Shown here: one piece after another, positions 24,701 through 37,053 of the stretch
Numbering within the stretch: position 1 is the stretch's first letter
How the letters are laid out: the number at the start of each line of letters is the position of its first letter
DNA from: Ostrea edulis
Taxonomy: Eukaryota
Length of the DNA stretch: 64,000 nt
Direction of reading: 5' to 3'
NCBI RefSeq assembly: GCF_947568905.1
Contig: NC_079167.1
Location: forward strand, 61,318,001 to 61,382,000
Program-made: the position numbers and the translations under genes
Notes under the pieces: model-generated
The model's input: the letters and a program-made list of their open reading frames with translations, nothing else
What the model was told of the DNA's origin: nothing
The model's database searches: none

Positions 24701-27700
24701 TCCTTTTCGTGTAGCTAATGGTATTCGGAAGACCTCGTCCCGGGTTTTCTCGTTCTAAAAATAGTTGGCTGCGACAGAAATATTCCAGCATTACAACTTC
24801 CGTTCGTTATAGTCAGAAATGAGAAATGGCGAGGTTAAAACGATGAAATTGAGCGGTGTGAAGTAGTTATTGCGCACCAAATAGCGATGCATTTAATCCA
24901 CGAATCATCAGTAGATTTAGAATGACCGTTCTTTTCAGTTGGTATATGCATTATTGGTGTTTTTTCGATAGGATTTCTCAGCGAGGTGTAGATTTTTTCA
25001 ACATGTCGCTGGCTGAGTTGCACACCTTGTTCATATATTATGATCGGTGATATGACATTTTTAAAAACGGTTTCTATGAGAGATTTGTGTATTCCATTGA
25101 AATAGATAACCTCTGAAGTTACATATTTTATCAATAATTGGTCCGAAATACCCAAGGAATTGAACATTTAAAAATAAAAGAAGGGGGGTACCGGAAGTCC
25201 TGTCCACAAGCACCTGTGAGTCAATGGGATGGATGGATATGAATTACTGTACTTTTACTGGATTCCTAAACTTTACAAAAACCCTTTCAAACAAAGATAC
25301 ATTGCTGGATCAAGTAAATGTTCTACCAAACCCCTATCTTTGCTCCTCACGAAAATATTGAAAGATGTGAAGCAGAAACTTATATGCCAGAAGTGGTGTA
25401 AATCAAATGTGGATTCTAAAACATTCTAAAGAACTTTTAGTTAATTTGAAATCGCAAAACCTTTTTCAAATCAACAATATCAAAACATATCACTTTTCAA
25501 CATTTTACACGACCATTCCTCACAATAAATTAAAGACTAGACTTTTTGACATCATTGAAAGTTTCTTCTTCAACGAAAATGGACAATATCTGTATCTAGT
25601 GATCAGTCATCCAAAAAATTACATTGTTAAACACCACTCTGATTCCACGCACAAATACTCTTTAGTTGAAATAAAAAATATGCTGGAGTTCCTCATTGAC
25701 AATATCTTCGTGGTCTTTGGTGATCAGGTGTTCCAACAGTCTGTTGGAAATCCCATGGGCACGAATTGTGCTCCTTTGTTAGCTGACCTGTTTTTATTCA
25801 AAACCTTCTACATGAGATGAAAAAATCGTTTGCTGCGACCTTCAAATGGACATGTAGATATATCGACGACGTTTATGTATTCATTAACGATAGTCATTTT
25901 CATTCATCTGTCAATTCGATATATCCCGCGAACTCGAGATAAAAAGACATCACGGAATCCTCCACATCTGTTTCGTCCTGAGATATTTTATTGAAAATGG
26001 ATATTAAAGGCAAACTAACAACTCAACTTTATGACAAACGGGATGATTTCAGCTTCTCCATCGTCAACTTCCCATATTTATGTGGCAATATTCCATTATC
26101 ACCTGCATATGGTGTTTATATCTCTCAACTGATTTGATACGCAAGCGCTTGTTCTGCGTATGATGATTTGATCAGTTTTTAAATCGAGGCAGGCTACTGA
26201 TAAACAAGTTGATGTTACAGGGGATTCAACAGTCTCCTTTAAAGTAAACATTTCGCAAATTCTATTGTCGTTATAATGATCTAGTTTGTCTGTATACACA
26301 GTGTAACCTATCATTGGATCAATCTGTTTGACGTGTTTCATACCAATTGTTAGGCCATTCTTGGCACATTGATTTTAACTACGGATTACTCCGTTTACCT
26401 GATCAAGACATAGGGCTCACGACGGGTGTGACCGGTCGACAGGGGATGCTTTCTCCTCCTAGGCACCTGGTCCCAAATCTGGTATGTCTAGGGGTTCGTG
26501 TATGCCCAACTCTTTATTTTGTATTCCTTGTGGGAGTTCTGAGATTGATCACTGTTTCTTTAATATGTTCGCCTTTCATAATCCTTAAAGGGACATTAGC
26601 TATGAAACTGATGACAACTATTTGTTTTCAAACTCTCTCAATGGCACGGGAATATATGAATATATTGATCTTTTTCATAACGAAGATCACAGAAGTCATT
26701 TGACCTTGATACTGGTTTGTATTTTCTTATCATTTCTGAAGATGCTTACTCCTACGCACCTGATCCCACCTCTGGTATATCCAGGGTCCGTGTTTGCCCA
26801 ACTCTCTATTTTGAATTGCTTAAAGGAGCTATGAGATTGATCACTGTTCGTTATCTTCACCTTTCATTCTATAACGTCCCTTTCAAGAATTTTTCACTCA
26901 TATGGAGAAGTCACCATTGCCGGTGATGGACTGCAAAATTTAGTCCTATGCTCGGCGCTTACGGCCTTTGAGCAGGGAGGGATCTTTATCGTGCTACATC
27001 TGCTGTGACACGGGGTTCCGGATTTGCGGTCTCATCCGAAGGAATATATTATATTAATGACTAATAAAAACTTTTTGTACAAAAGAAGAGAAACCTAATA
27101 AAACTACATTAGATAACCACTTTTAGTGTAAAGAAATATATAAGGAAGAAGCAAATGAAATAATTTAATACCGGTGTTAAATTATTACTGAAAGATATAA
27201 AATGGGGGCAATTTTCATTGAATTCAAGTTTGGGTGACAAAATGACAGTTACTGCCCCTTTAAGATTTGATGAAAACGAGAGCAAAATAGGAAGGAGAAT
27301 ATTGATTGACAGCATACCTACAATGAATTGTCCAGATACATTGTAACATTGCTCACAAATGTTTTTCGAAATGGATACATTCATAACACACCGTAGAGAT
27401 AAACAATTTTTCTTATTTATAAAGGTACATATTTTGTGTCAAAAACGGAAGTACAGTTGTATTTGTATATGTTGGTAAACTGTTCTCGAGTATCTAGAGA
27501 TTTGGACTTAGGATGTACCAAGTGAACTTGATTTGATAAAGGCAAAAATCTTTTGTTCGAGGTTTGAAACATGTACTAAATATGTATGTATAAAATGTGT
27601 TGAATTCACACGAGACGGGTACCGTTTGTCACGCGTGTTGCCCAGGTTTCGTGTATAACCCTGAAAATGAATTGAAAGCAAGGACTTTATAAAAACTGAG

Positions 27701-30700
27701 TATTTTGGATATGACCTTGAAAATGGAGGCCCGTGTCATTGGAGGCGTTTGCAAGATTTTCACTGATGACGTCTTAACACGAGGAAAATTCTCAAAAAGG
27801 ATAGATCTATACAAAATAGATAAAATTTAAAAAAAAATCACCTCCAAATGTGTATCAAATTCTTTTGGTCTAATTACGTTCTTTGCACTGAAAGAAGAAA
27901 ATGATAAATGTGTTATTCCCCCGTTAAGTTTGAATATGCTGAAGTTTTCCCCGGATAGAGAAATCTATTGCCTGTGAGCAGTTCAATGTTCCCATTTAAA
28001 TTACAGGCATGGAAAAGGTGAACTTCGCAGGAGGAGAACCTTTCATCGTAAAACGCGGGTCTTACTTGGGAGAACTGGTGAGGTTTTGTAAGGAGGAACT
28101 AAAGTTGCCGAGTGTCACCATTGTTAGCAACGGGAGTCTTATAACAGAGAAGTGGTTCGAAAAATACGGTGAGTGTCACCACCCGGTATCAAAGAGAAAT
28201 GATTTTATAATAGAAAGCAAGTGAAGATAATGTCCATATTGAATCAGGTTTGACACTAAGGCACGCCCGACTGACCGAGTCTTCTAAATGATAGGTTCGG
28301 TCGAATGAAATGTCGGTTTACTATTCCGACTGGTCGTTTTAAAAATGAAAAAAACTTTATTATCGATCGGGCGATTATACATGTATGTTATGGTTTTGAA
28401 AAACGACTAAAGGGTGTGCAATACCCTTAGCTTACCAGAATGAACTATAGTGAAGTACTAATGCAGGAAAAAATATAAGCTTCGTTTGTAAAAACACGAA
28501 GGTTTCTAAATGGTGTGCTTACTTCTAGTGAACAGGGGATGTTCACTCCTGGGCACCTGATCCCACCTCTTATATTCCCAGGTATTCGTGTTTGTCCTAC
28601 TCTCAATTTCATATTCATTGCGGTATTTATGAGATTGATCGCAGTCCCCTTTCAATTTTTCACCTTGCATAGTTTTGATAGTTACTTAGTAGTTGCGGCC
28701 GAATTTGATGCGTGTATCAATAACTTTTCTTGTTTTGTTTGATTTGATTTAAAACGTCGTGATGGCAAATATATAATCTGTTTTTAGTTGTAATAAATAA
28801 GTCGCGATCGGAAGTGATGTTTTACGACATCTACTCATCTACATATGACAAGATATGTCAATGCATGAAACTCTTTGCTTTAGTTCTTAAAACTTCGTTA
28901 AAAAGTGGCATATTCTGCGCTTGTGCATTTGTAAAACACTGAAGTCCATCTATAATAGTTTGGTTTGTGTCATGGACTCATGAAAGGTCCTACAATGACC
29001 GAATACGTTGAGCGGTTGACGAACACATGTAACAACGGCAACTTTTTTTTTTCTTGAATACATTAACATGACGTCACACATACATAAATACACGCAAAAG
29101 TCACATATGATACACGGCATTTACGAGCAGTTGATAGCAAACTCTCTCGTCGAGACTTCATCGTATAAAGATTTGGTTTGTGTGCAAACGAACATTGGCA
29201 GAAGTTTTCAGCTGATAGTATAGTTTCGTCTTTCAGTTGTTCACGCGTAGGCAATACTACTAGACAATATTTAAATGAGTATGTTCAAGTTATTATCGCC
29301 ATTTCCTTTGCCTTCCCGTTTTCATGACCCGTACCAAATTAGTTTCGCTACGATTCACCGGACAGACCACTTATGTATAATTGGGGCTTCTGATCGTTGG
29401 CATTGTTATCGGAGGATGTATAAAGGCAGTTTGACCTTTTGCACCAGAAAACAGGTGGAGGGTGGCGATAGGCGAGGTTGGCGTTATATGAGGGTGTTTT
29501 TTTTTTTTAATTTTTGTTTTTTTTTTTTTTTTTTATAGCGTATATGGAAATCTTGTCTACACGAGTCGATGACGGTATGCGGGGTGGCGATATACATTGG
29601 TAACACTTTTTCTAGGTTAAAAGAGCATTACTAAAAATCAACGAACCGGAACAAAACTCATACTCGATCTGTTACTCAACAATATACACCTGCATACAAA
29701 ACATCAATTCAATATCTCAAGGCGTTTCGGGGGAAAAGTCCGGAAAAACTGGGTTTTGCGGAAGGACGGAAAAGGGTAAAACTATATGACCCGACCACAA
29801 ACAAAACACTTTGATGACCTTAAAAATATTTAATCTAGTGTAAAAGAACATTATTTCTAAAGTTTTTTATTAGATAATTCCAATGTTATTTATTACAATT
29901 GTTTTGATTGGACGAAAATAAAGCTGAACAAAAGTTTACACATCAATAAATCTGAAAACGCGATGTATTCATACACACCTGAAAACATATAGGGTACCTG
30001 TAAAGTGCGAAACGAAATCGAAACGAAACGAAATTACCGAAACGGAACGAAATCTACCGAAACGAAACGAAACCCACCGAAACGAAACAAAACCTACCGA
30101 AACGAAACAGATTGTATAACCGAACTCTTTTAATTATAATAATTAAAAATGGTATCTTAGGCCCCAGTCAAAGTTACCACATATAAATGAAATTCGCCTC
30201 CCCTTTGATGTAGGCTTTCGGCTTGACTGATACAAAGTTTTAAAAGTTGGAAGGGGTTGATTAAGCACAAAGTACATATCCGAAGTTGATTAAATACCAT
30301 GTGCAATTAGTTTCGGATCCATAAATTTCAGAACGGAGGGTTGCAATTTCAGAGGTATGGGGAAACACACTAAACAAGGGGAGGTGTCGCCGGCGTTGGA
30401 TCCGCCTTTGGGTATAGATACATTATTTGAAGAAGCTGGTGTCTGAGAAAGTTGAAAGCAGGAAGATCTCTTAACCCCTTATTTTATCTCTAACTGCTGA
30501 GGTACGAATGCTTTCAATAATAGAAAAACATTAAATAGTATACCATATTATATGAATGCAATTCGGTAAGATATATATACATATATTATTAAAAATTATT
30601 ATGGATACACTGTATGTAGTGAGTCTAAAGATAACTCTATACATTTAGGATGTTGCTAAGACGGGGAATTGAAAACGGGACGGAAAACGGAAATGTGATA

Positions 30701-33700
30701 TGCAATGATATCAGGAGGATGTGAGCATTTTGTAAAATCAAAAGGCTTATGATCAAGGGAAGCAGAAATTACAAAGATAAAGGGAGGACATACTCAGAAT
30801 CCACCGTTTGATATACTACATACAAATACACAATATCCACAGCAAAAAATACTGAAACATGCATGATGCCCAAAGGTGGATCCAACGCCGGCAACCCCAC
30901 CCTCGTTTAGTGTGTTTCCCCAGATCTCTGACTTATAAGACTGTAACCCTCCGTTCTGAAATTTATGGACCAAAACTAATTACACGTGGTATTTAATCAA
31001 CTTCGGATACGTACTTTGTGCTTAATCAACCCCCCTTCCAACTTTTAAAACTTTGTATCAGTCAAGGCGAAAGCCTACATCAAAGGGGAGGCGAATTTTA
31101 TTTATATGTGGTAACGTTCACACGGGCCTAATATACCGTTTTTAATTATTATAATTAAAAGAATTCGGTTATATAATCTGTTTCGGTGGGTTTCGTTTCG
31201 GTAGATTTCGTTTTGTTTCGGTAGATTTCGTTTCGTTTCGTTTCGCACTTTACAGGTACCCAAACATATAACATAGTGCGGGGAAACTATTCAAATTTTT
31301 GGAATTGTTAGTAAAGTGAATGAATTGGAATTATAAGAATCAAACGTTCTTTTTGAAGAATTTATCGATGTGTAAACTCCGGACATTTTACTCACAAACT
31401 TAACATAAAAGTGCTTCGCACTTTTATTCAGTTTGTGAGCAAAATGTCCGGAGTTTACACATCGATAATTTCTTCAAAAAGAACGTTTAATCCTATATAA
31501 AACAGAAAACTCAGAAATGATTTACATTGTATTCATGTTCATTCACGAGTGTTTTATTTCACTCCCAGAAACTTCAACAGTCTTCTTCCGAGTCCACGCT
31601 TCTTGGTTTAGGCACCTGTAATTTATACGATTTTTGTTGTAAATTCATGACATATAGAGCTGCCCTAAATTCTAAAAACCCAATATCCTCCCACACCATT
31701 GGTTTACACCCAAATCGAGAAATACTAAAAGCATATTCAACTCCGATTCAGAGTGCTCTGCATATCTTACAATCCAGGCATTGACAATATAAAACTTTTA
31801 CAGCAATCTTTTTTCCTCTTTGTTCTGTGTAATACTAGACATATTTTACAGACATAGACACTATATACACTCTCAATATCTGGAAATGTTTGGATTTATA
31901 TCGTCTGCATTTACAAAGTCATGGCCTATCAAGAATATGTCTACATATAGGCAGGGTACTGACAAACAAGTTGATGGCCATGGGGTTTCAACAGCTTCGT
32001 TTAAAGTCAGCATTTCGCAAATTCTATGGTCGTTATAACAATCTAGTTTGCCAATACAACCTATCATTGGGTCAAATGCTGTCTGACTTGTTTCATACCG
32101 ATTGTTAGGCCGTTCTTGGCACACTGATTTTGACTACGGATAACTCCGTTTACCTGATCAAGATATAGGACTCACGGCGGGTATGACCGGTCAACAGGGG
32201 ACGCTTACTCCTTCTTAACCTGATCCCACCTCTGGTATATCCAATGGATCCGTGTTTGCTCAACTCTCTATTTTATGATGCTTGTAGGAGTTATGGGATT
32301 GATCACTGTTCGTTGTCTTCACATTTCATATTATGGGTATGGCGTTGTCCGTCTGTCTGTCCGTCCATTCGGACCTTGTGGGCAGGATATATACCGAACC
32401 GTAAGCTCCGGGATTTTACAACTTGGTACATTTGATCATCATGATGAGAGAAAGATGCCTATTGTTTTTCAAGATCAAAGGTCAAGGTTGCAGTATCACT
32501 TAGCAGGAAAACATTATATGCAGGATACAAACCGAACCGTAAGCTCCAGAAAATTGCAACTCGGTACATTTGATCACAATGATGAGAAGAAGAAGCCTAT
32601 TATTTTTCAAGGCAAAGGTCAAGACCGCAGTATTACTTAGTAGTATAACCTTATAGGCAGTATACATACCGAACTGTTGGGGCTAGGACCGTCAAACTTG
32701 ATATACATACACTTTATGCCAAGTGGAGGATGCCTATTATTTCTCAAGGACAAGGTCGTATTACATGTAGGAGGATACAGACCGTACCATTGGGGCTAGG
32801 ACCATCAAACTCTGTGCACATCTTATGCCAAGTGAAAATATTACATAAAGAGTACATGATTTGTCTGTTTTTACGATGCAAAGAAAGTATGTCACACCCA
32901 GATGATTGCTGATACTACATGAAGCCAAGTTCTACAAATCATGGTGTAAGAAAAACACCCTATATTAGCTTTTCACGGGCGTATTATGTATCGTTGGCGG
33001 TACTCTTGTTATCCACTGTTGCTTTGCAAATGTCCTTCTAAATTAATTGGGAGAAAAAGCATATTACATGTATATGTAACCATATAATCATGCCGCATTA
33101 TATATATATATCAAGAGAGAGAGAGAGAGAGAGAAATGTTTTCTACAAATGAGTGACGGAAAGCGAACTTCGTAAGGGATATGTTTGATTCCATTTTACA
33201 CGTACATCATACATGTACGACTAGCTACATGTAGTACATTGAAATCAAATGCAGTATTAAAATATTAAAGAGGTATATGCTGACTTGATTTGGTAACATT
33301 CTTAAAAGTGTTAGTTTCAAAAACGCAAATTTTCCATTTCTCCAAAGAAATAACCAGAACAACATTTGAAAGTGAAAAATAAAATCATATAAGATATCTC
33401 ACTTCATCGGAAATACGAGCACAATTTAACGCTTAAACAATTAAATTCATCCCATCCAAATTTTAAAGAATGGTCTTTTTAATTTAATGGTGTACGATGC
33501 TTGAGAGCCTTTTGATAATATCAAGGATACATATGCATACCTTCCGAAAGTAAACTGGGAAACTTTCTCACTTACCGGCGCGAGCGTACTGGTATTTATG
33601 GGGAAAGCCTTAACTCAGCCGCGAAACAAAAGCTTTTGAGCGCTGATTGGTTCAGTACATGATAGTATACAGACATTCTGCATGTAAATGGAGTGTACAT

Positions 33701-36265
33701 ATATATGTAACGACAATTTTGCTTTCAGTGTTTGGATACATTTATATTCATGCATGTTAAAATATATGTGTACTTGTACTGATTTGTACTTATATTTGAT
33801 TTACATACAATTAACCCCTCCGTCGACGCGGGTTCGAATCCCACTCGCTCCGGTAAGTGAGAAAGTTTCCCAGTTTACTTTCGGAAGGTCGATGGTCTCT
33901 TCCCAGCCCAGGTACATTGTATCTGGGTTCTCTCTTCCACTAATAAAAAAAATTGGGCGCCACCAGGTAACTGAAAAATTGTTGAGTGGCGGAAAACATC
34001 AATCAATCAATCAACATACAATTATCATCATGTTTTAGATATTCTTAATAGAATATTTGACTTGCATTTATAAATGGGATCTTACTTTTACAGGCGAGTA
34101 CTTGGATATTTTGGCTGTGTCATGTGACAGTTTTGATCCCGAAACAAACAGACAAATTGGACGATGCCAGACCTCAAGCAGAAAGGACCACCTGGAAAGC
34201 TTGTACCGAGTTCGAGACTGGTGCAGGACGTACAAAGTATGATCTTAAAGTAAACGGGTACAAATTCAAGTAATACTGTAAAATCAATTGTTTTCGCGGG
34301 GAGTAATTTTCGTACTTTTATAATTCACTTTGTGGCTAAGGGAAGAAATGAACTTTGTTATGTGTCATCTTTACGTTTCAGAGAGGATATAGATTCCTGA
34401 ATATAATTCATATACCATAAAATGAACAAAAATTATACAAGCATGGGGTTTATCAGTTAATTTACTGCCAGTATAGCAAGTCTAAAATCAATTGAATAAT
34501 TGCAAATTGGATGAATATATACATGTATTTGAATTGAATGAGCATACATGTGTTTTAACTTTAGATTCATGAAAAGGAACTTTTTCCTTATCTATTAATG
34601 TTTGGGTCACACATTTAAGGTTGCCTTCAAGATTAATACAGTTGTAAATGTTCACAACAAAGATGAGGATATGAATACTGACATTGCCGAACTTGCACCT
34701 TGTCGTTGGAAGGTAAAAAAAAAACAAAAAAACCTTAAAAGTAAATTGTTTCAAATCATTCTCAACAGGTAAAAGCATGTACAGTGTATTTTATCATGGC
34801 ACAATTTTAAATATGATGATGATAATCAGTTTGATCAGGAAGTAAGTCGGTATGAGAATTTCCTTGCTGGTCGTTAATTCACTACTCTCCTGAGATTAGA
34901 ATGTTTTGTTCCACATATACAGTACGGTACTTCAAATATCAAAAACATTTACATAATTTCTTCTTTTCTTCCCAAATCAAATATTTGATTTGTTTTATCT
35001 TAGGTATTTCAGTGTCTTTTGATTGGCGGAGAAAACTGTGGTGAAAATGCACTACGAAACGCAGAAGCTATGGTAGTGACGTCACAGGAATTTCGGAATT
35101 TTTGCGAACGTCACAAGAACATTTCTTGTTTAGTTCCAGAATCCAACGAACAGGTTAGTAAGGCCTGTCGGGTAATGCACAGCACGTACATTTCGAAATA
35201 CTTTTAAGTTCATACTCATATTAGTATTATTGTAACTAAATCCACATTAGTATCATTATAACCGAGTTCATATTAGCAGTGGCGGATCTAGGGGGTTACG
35301 GGGTTGCACTCCCCTTTTAGGGCGGAAAACATACAATATTGGTCTCACCTCCCTTGGAGATTTTTCCGGATCCGCCCCTGTATTAGCATTATTATAACCA
35401 GGTTCATGTTCACATTATTATTATAACCAGGTTCATGTTCACATTATTATAACCCGGTTCATGTTCACATTATTATAACCCGGTTCATGTTCACATTATT
35501 ATAACCCGGTTCATGTTCACATTATTATAACCAGGTTCATGTTAACATTATTATTATAACCAGGTTCATGTTAGCATTATTATAACCAGGTTCATGTTAG
35601 TATTTTTATAACCAGGTTTATGTTCATAACATCATAACCAAGTTCATGTAAATATTATATCCAGTTCATATTAGTATAATCATAACCAAGTTCTTGTTCG
35701 TATTGTTATATATAATCAAGTTCATGTTAGTTTTACCATAATTAGGCTCATGTTAGTATTATTATAATCAAGTTCATGTTACAAATGTAGTATTGTTATA
35801 ATCAAGTTCATGTAAGTATTACTACTGTATAATGAAGTTCATATCAGTATTATTATAACAAAGATGGAGCATACTTTGTGAACTTAATCACCCATTCTGT
35901 AATGTAAGTTGAGAAAACGTTTAAAAATGTGATTTCATATACCCTTTTCTTGTTTAGATGAAAGACAGCTATCTCCTCCTTGATGAATACGTAAGTAAAT
36001 CTTTATTTTCAGCATCTATTGTTAGAGAAACGTGAAATTATATCATATAGACTTTTAAGATACCCTAAATGTGATTAATAATCGTTCTTTGAAAATCTAG
36101 ATGCGATTTTTGGACTGCACGAATGGAAGCAAATTGCCCTCTCGCTCTATTCTCGATGTTGGAGTGAAAAATGCCCTGAAATACAGCGGTTTTGATGAAA
36201 AGATGTTCCTCAAAAGAGGCGGGAAATACAAATGGAGCAAAGCCGACATGAGTTTAGAATGGTGA
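21717..36265 (+). CDS. RSAD2: Viperin / radical SAM domain-containing protein 2 (7 coding exons, 341 aa)
   Basis: Exons 21717-21996, 28007-28168, 34094-34236, 34620-34712, 35004-35153, 35958-35990, 36101-36265; GT-AG, 1026 nt. Hydrophobic N-terminus, [16 protein letters not shown] (CxxxCxxC), [54 protein letters not shown], and C-terminal SLEW*. Confidence 0.97.
22135..22749. mobile_element. Non-autonomous TIR element, IS3EU-like (TAT...ATA ends, 6-bp TSD)
   Basis: TIR tatggcacgccaaattcacaaaaat...atttttgtgaatttggcgtgccata; GATATG on both sides; internal aaactatagtttac subrepeats. Confidence 0.7.
23040..26875 (+). mobile_element. Decayed Penelope-like retroelement RT, split by a DNA transposon
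   Basis: EEYVLVPA(D)[11 protein letters not shown] (about 23130-23190) continues after the insertion into [10 protein letters not shown]...[23 protein letters not shown](N)[19 protein letters not shown] and LYDKRDDF; frameshifted; duplicated 3' end (26400-26570, 26740-26875). Confidence 0.85.
23346..25218. mobile_element. Non-autonomous DNA transposon with about 540-590-bp TIRs and 8-bp TSD (hAT- or P-type)
   Basis: Ends CACAGGTGCTTGTGG...CCACAAGCACCTGTG; perfect TSD AGTCAATG (23338-23345, 25219-25226); 23346-23880 is the inverse of 24685-25218. Confidence 0.9.
26880..27045 (-). mobile_element. SINE fragment, same family as 63434-63729
   Basis: gactgcaaaattta..ctatgctcggcgcttacggcc...ggtctcatccgaagga shared with the 63.5-kb copy. 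Confidence 0.75.
29992..31261. mobile_element. Mutator-like non-autonomous element (about 400-bp TIRs, 9-bp TSD)
   Basis: GGGTACCTGTAAAGTGCGAAAC...GTTTCGCACTTTACAGGTACCC; TSD AAACATATA (29983-29991, 31262-31270). Confidence 0.9.
31860..32325 (+). mobile_element. Penelope-like element 3' fragment
   Basis: [33 protein letters not shown] matches 26130-26330; smaller copies at 28515-28670, 54040-54170 (-) and 54650-54873. Confidence 0.8.
32330..33010 (+). mobile_element. Non-autonomous Helitron-like element with (GTCC/GTCT)n seed and internal repeats
   Basis: gtccgtctgtctgtccgtcc followed by 3-4 diverged units containing aacttggtacatttgatca; ends cacgggcgtattatgtatcgttggcggtactcttgtt. Confidence 0.65.
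33830..34013 (+). mobile_element. tRNA-derived SINE with (CAAT)n tail
   Basis: B-box gggttcgaatccc, body ending aaaacatcaatcaatcaatc; inverted partial copy at 33541-33585; minus-strand copy at 38310-38430. Confidence 0.7.
35230..35865. repeat. About 25-bp minisatellite in viperin intron 5 with a small MITE inserted
   Basis: ttattataacc(a/c)ggttcatgttcaca units, homogeneous at 35388-35600 and degenerate outward; cagtggcggatc...gatccgcccctg element at about 35277-35340. Confidence 0.85.
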
Positions 36266-36544
36266 TTTCGGAGGAGAGAGACGTGCGCATAATGCATGTA
36301 CATGTTTATCAAATAGAACCCTCTATTTTTGATTTTAATCAAATATTTTTGTTCACATAGTTGATATTTATTTTTCATTCGACTTGGGACCTCCTGTATT
36401 AGAACAAAACAGGCAGTCTAAATTCTTATTATAGCAATGTAAATGTATTAAACCCCACCGAGAAAGAATTCATAATCTATTTTTATACATGTGTAGTAGA
36501 AACGTTTACATTATTTATGCTTTTGTACCGTTGGGAATCATAGC

Positions 36545-37053
36545 ACAATCCTAATACAAGTAACCTAGTGTTCAGAACACAATCTTAATACAAGTAACCT
36601 AGTGTTCAGAACACAATCTTAATACAAGTAACCTAGTGTTCAGAACACAATCTTAATACAAGTAACCTAGTGTTCAGAACACAGAATCCTAATACAAGTA
36701 ACCTAGTGTTCAGAACACAGAATCCTAATACAAGTAACCTAGTGTTCAGAACAGAATCCTAATACAAGTAACCTAGTGTTCAGAACACAATCTTAATACA
36801 AGTAACCTAGTGTTCAGAACACAATCTTAATACAAGTAACCTAGTGTTCAGAACACAATCTTAATACAAGTAACCTAGTGTTCAGAAGACAGAATCCTAA
36901 TACAAGTAACCTAGTGTTCAGAACACAGAATCCTAATACAAGTAACCTAGTGTTCAGAACACAGAATCCTAATACAAGTAACCTAGTGTTCAGAACAGAA
37001 TCCTAATACAAGTAAGCTAGTGTTCAGAACACAGAATCCTAATACAAGTAACC
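36545..37053. repeat. 34/36-bp minisatellite downstream of the viperin stop codon (about 15 copies)
   Basis: acac(ag)aatc(c/t)taatacaagtaacctagtgttcaga in tandem. Confidence 0.95.

Noticed and set aside
23397-25167. Two near-identical 110-aa ORFs on opposite strands
   Set aside because: They lie in the two TIRs of one transposon and show no recognisable domain.
35230-35865. Viperin intron-5 array as another junction-derived repeat
   Set aside because: Only caggtt is shared with the exon-5 donor; the array does not touch the exon.
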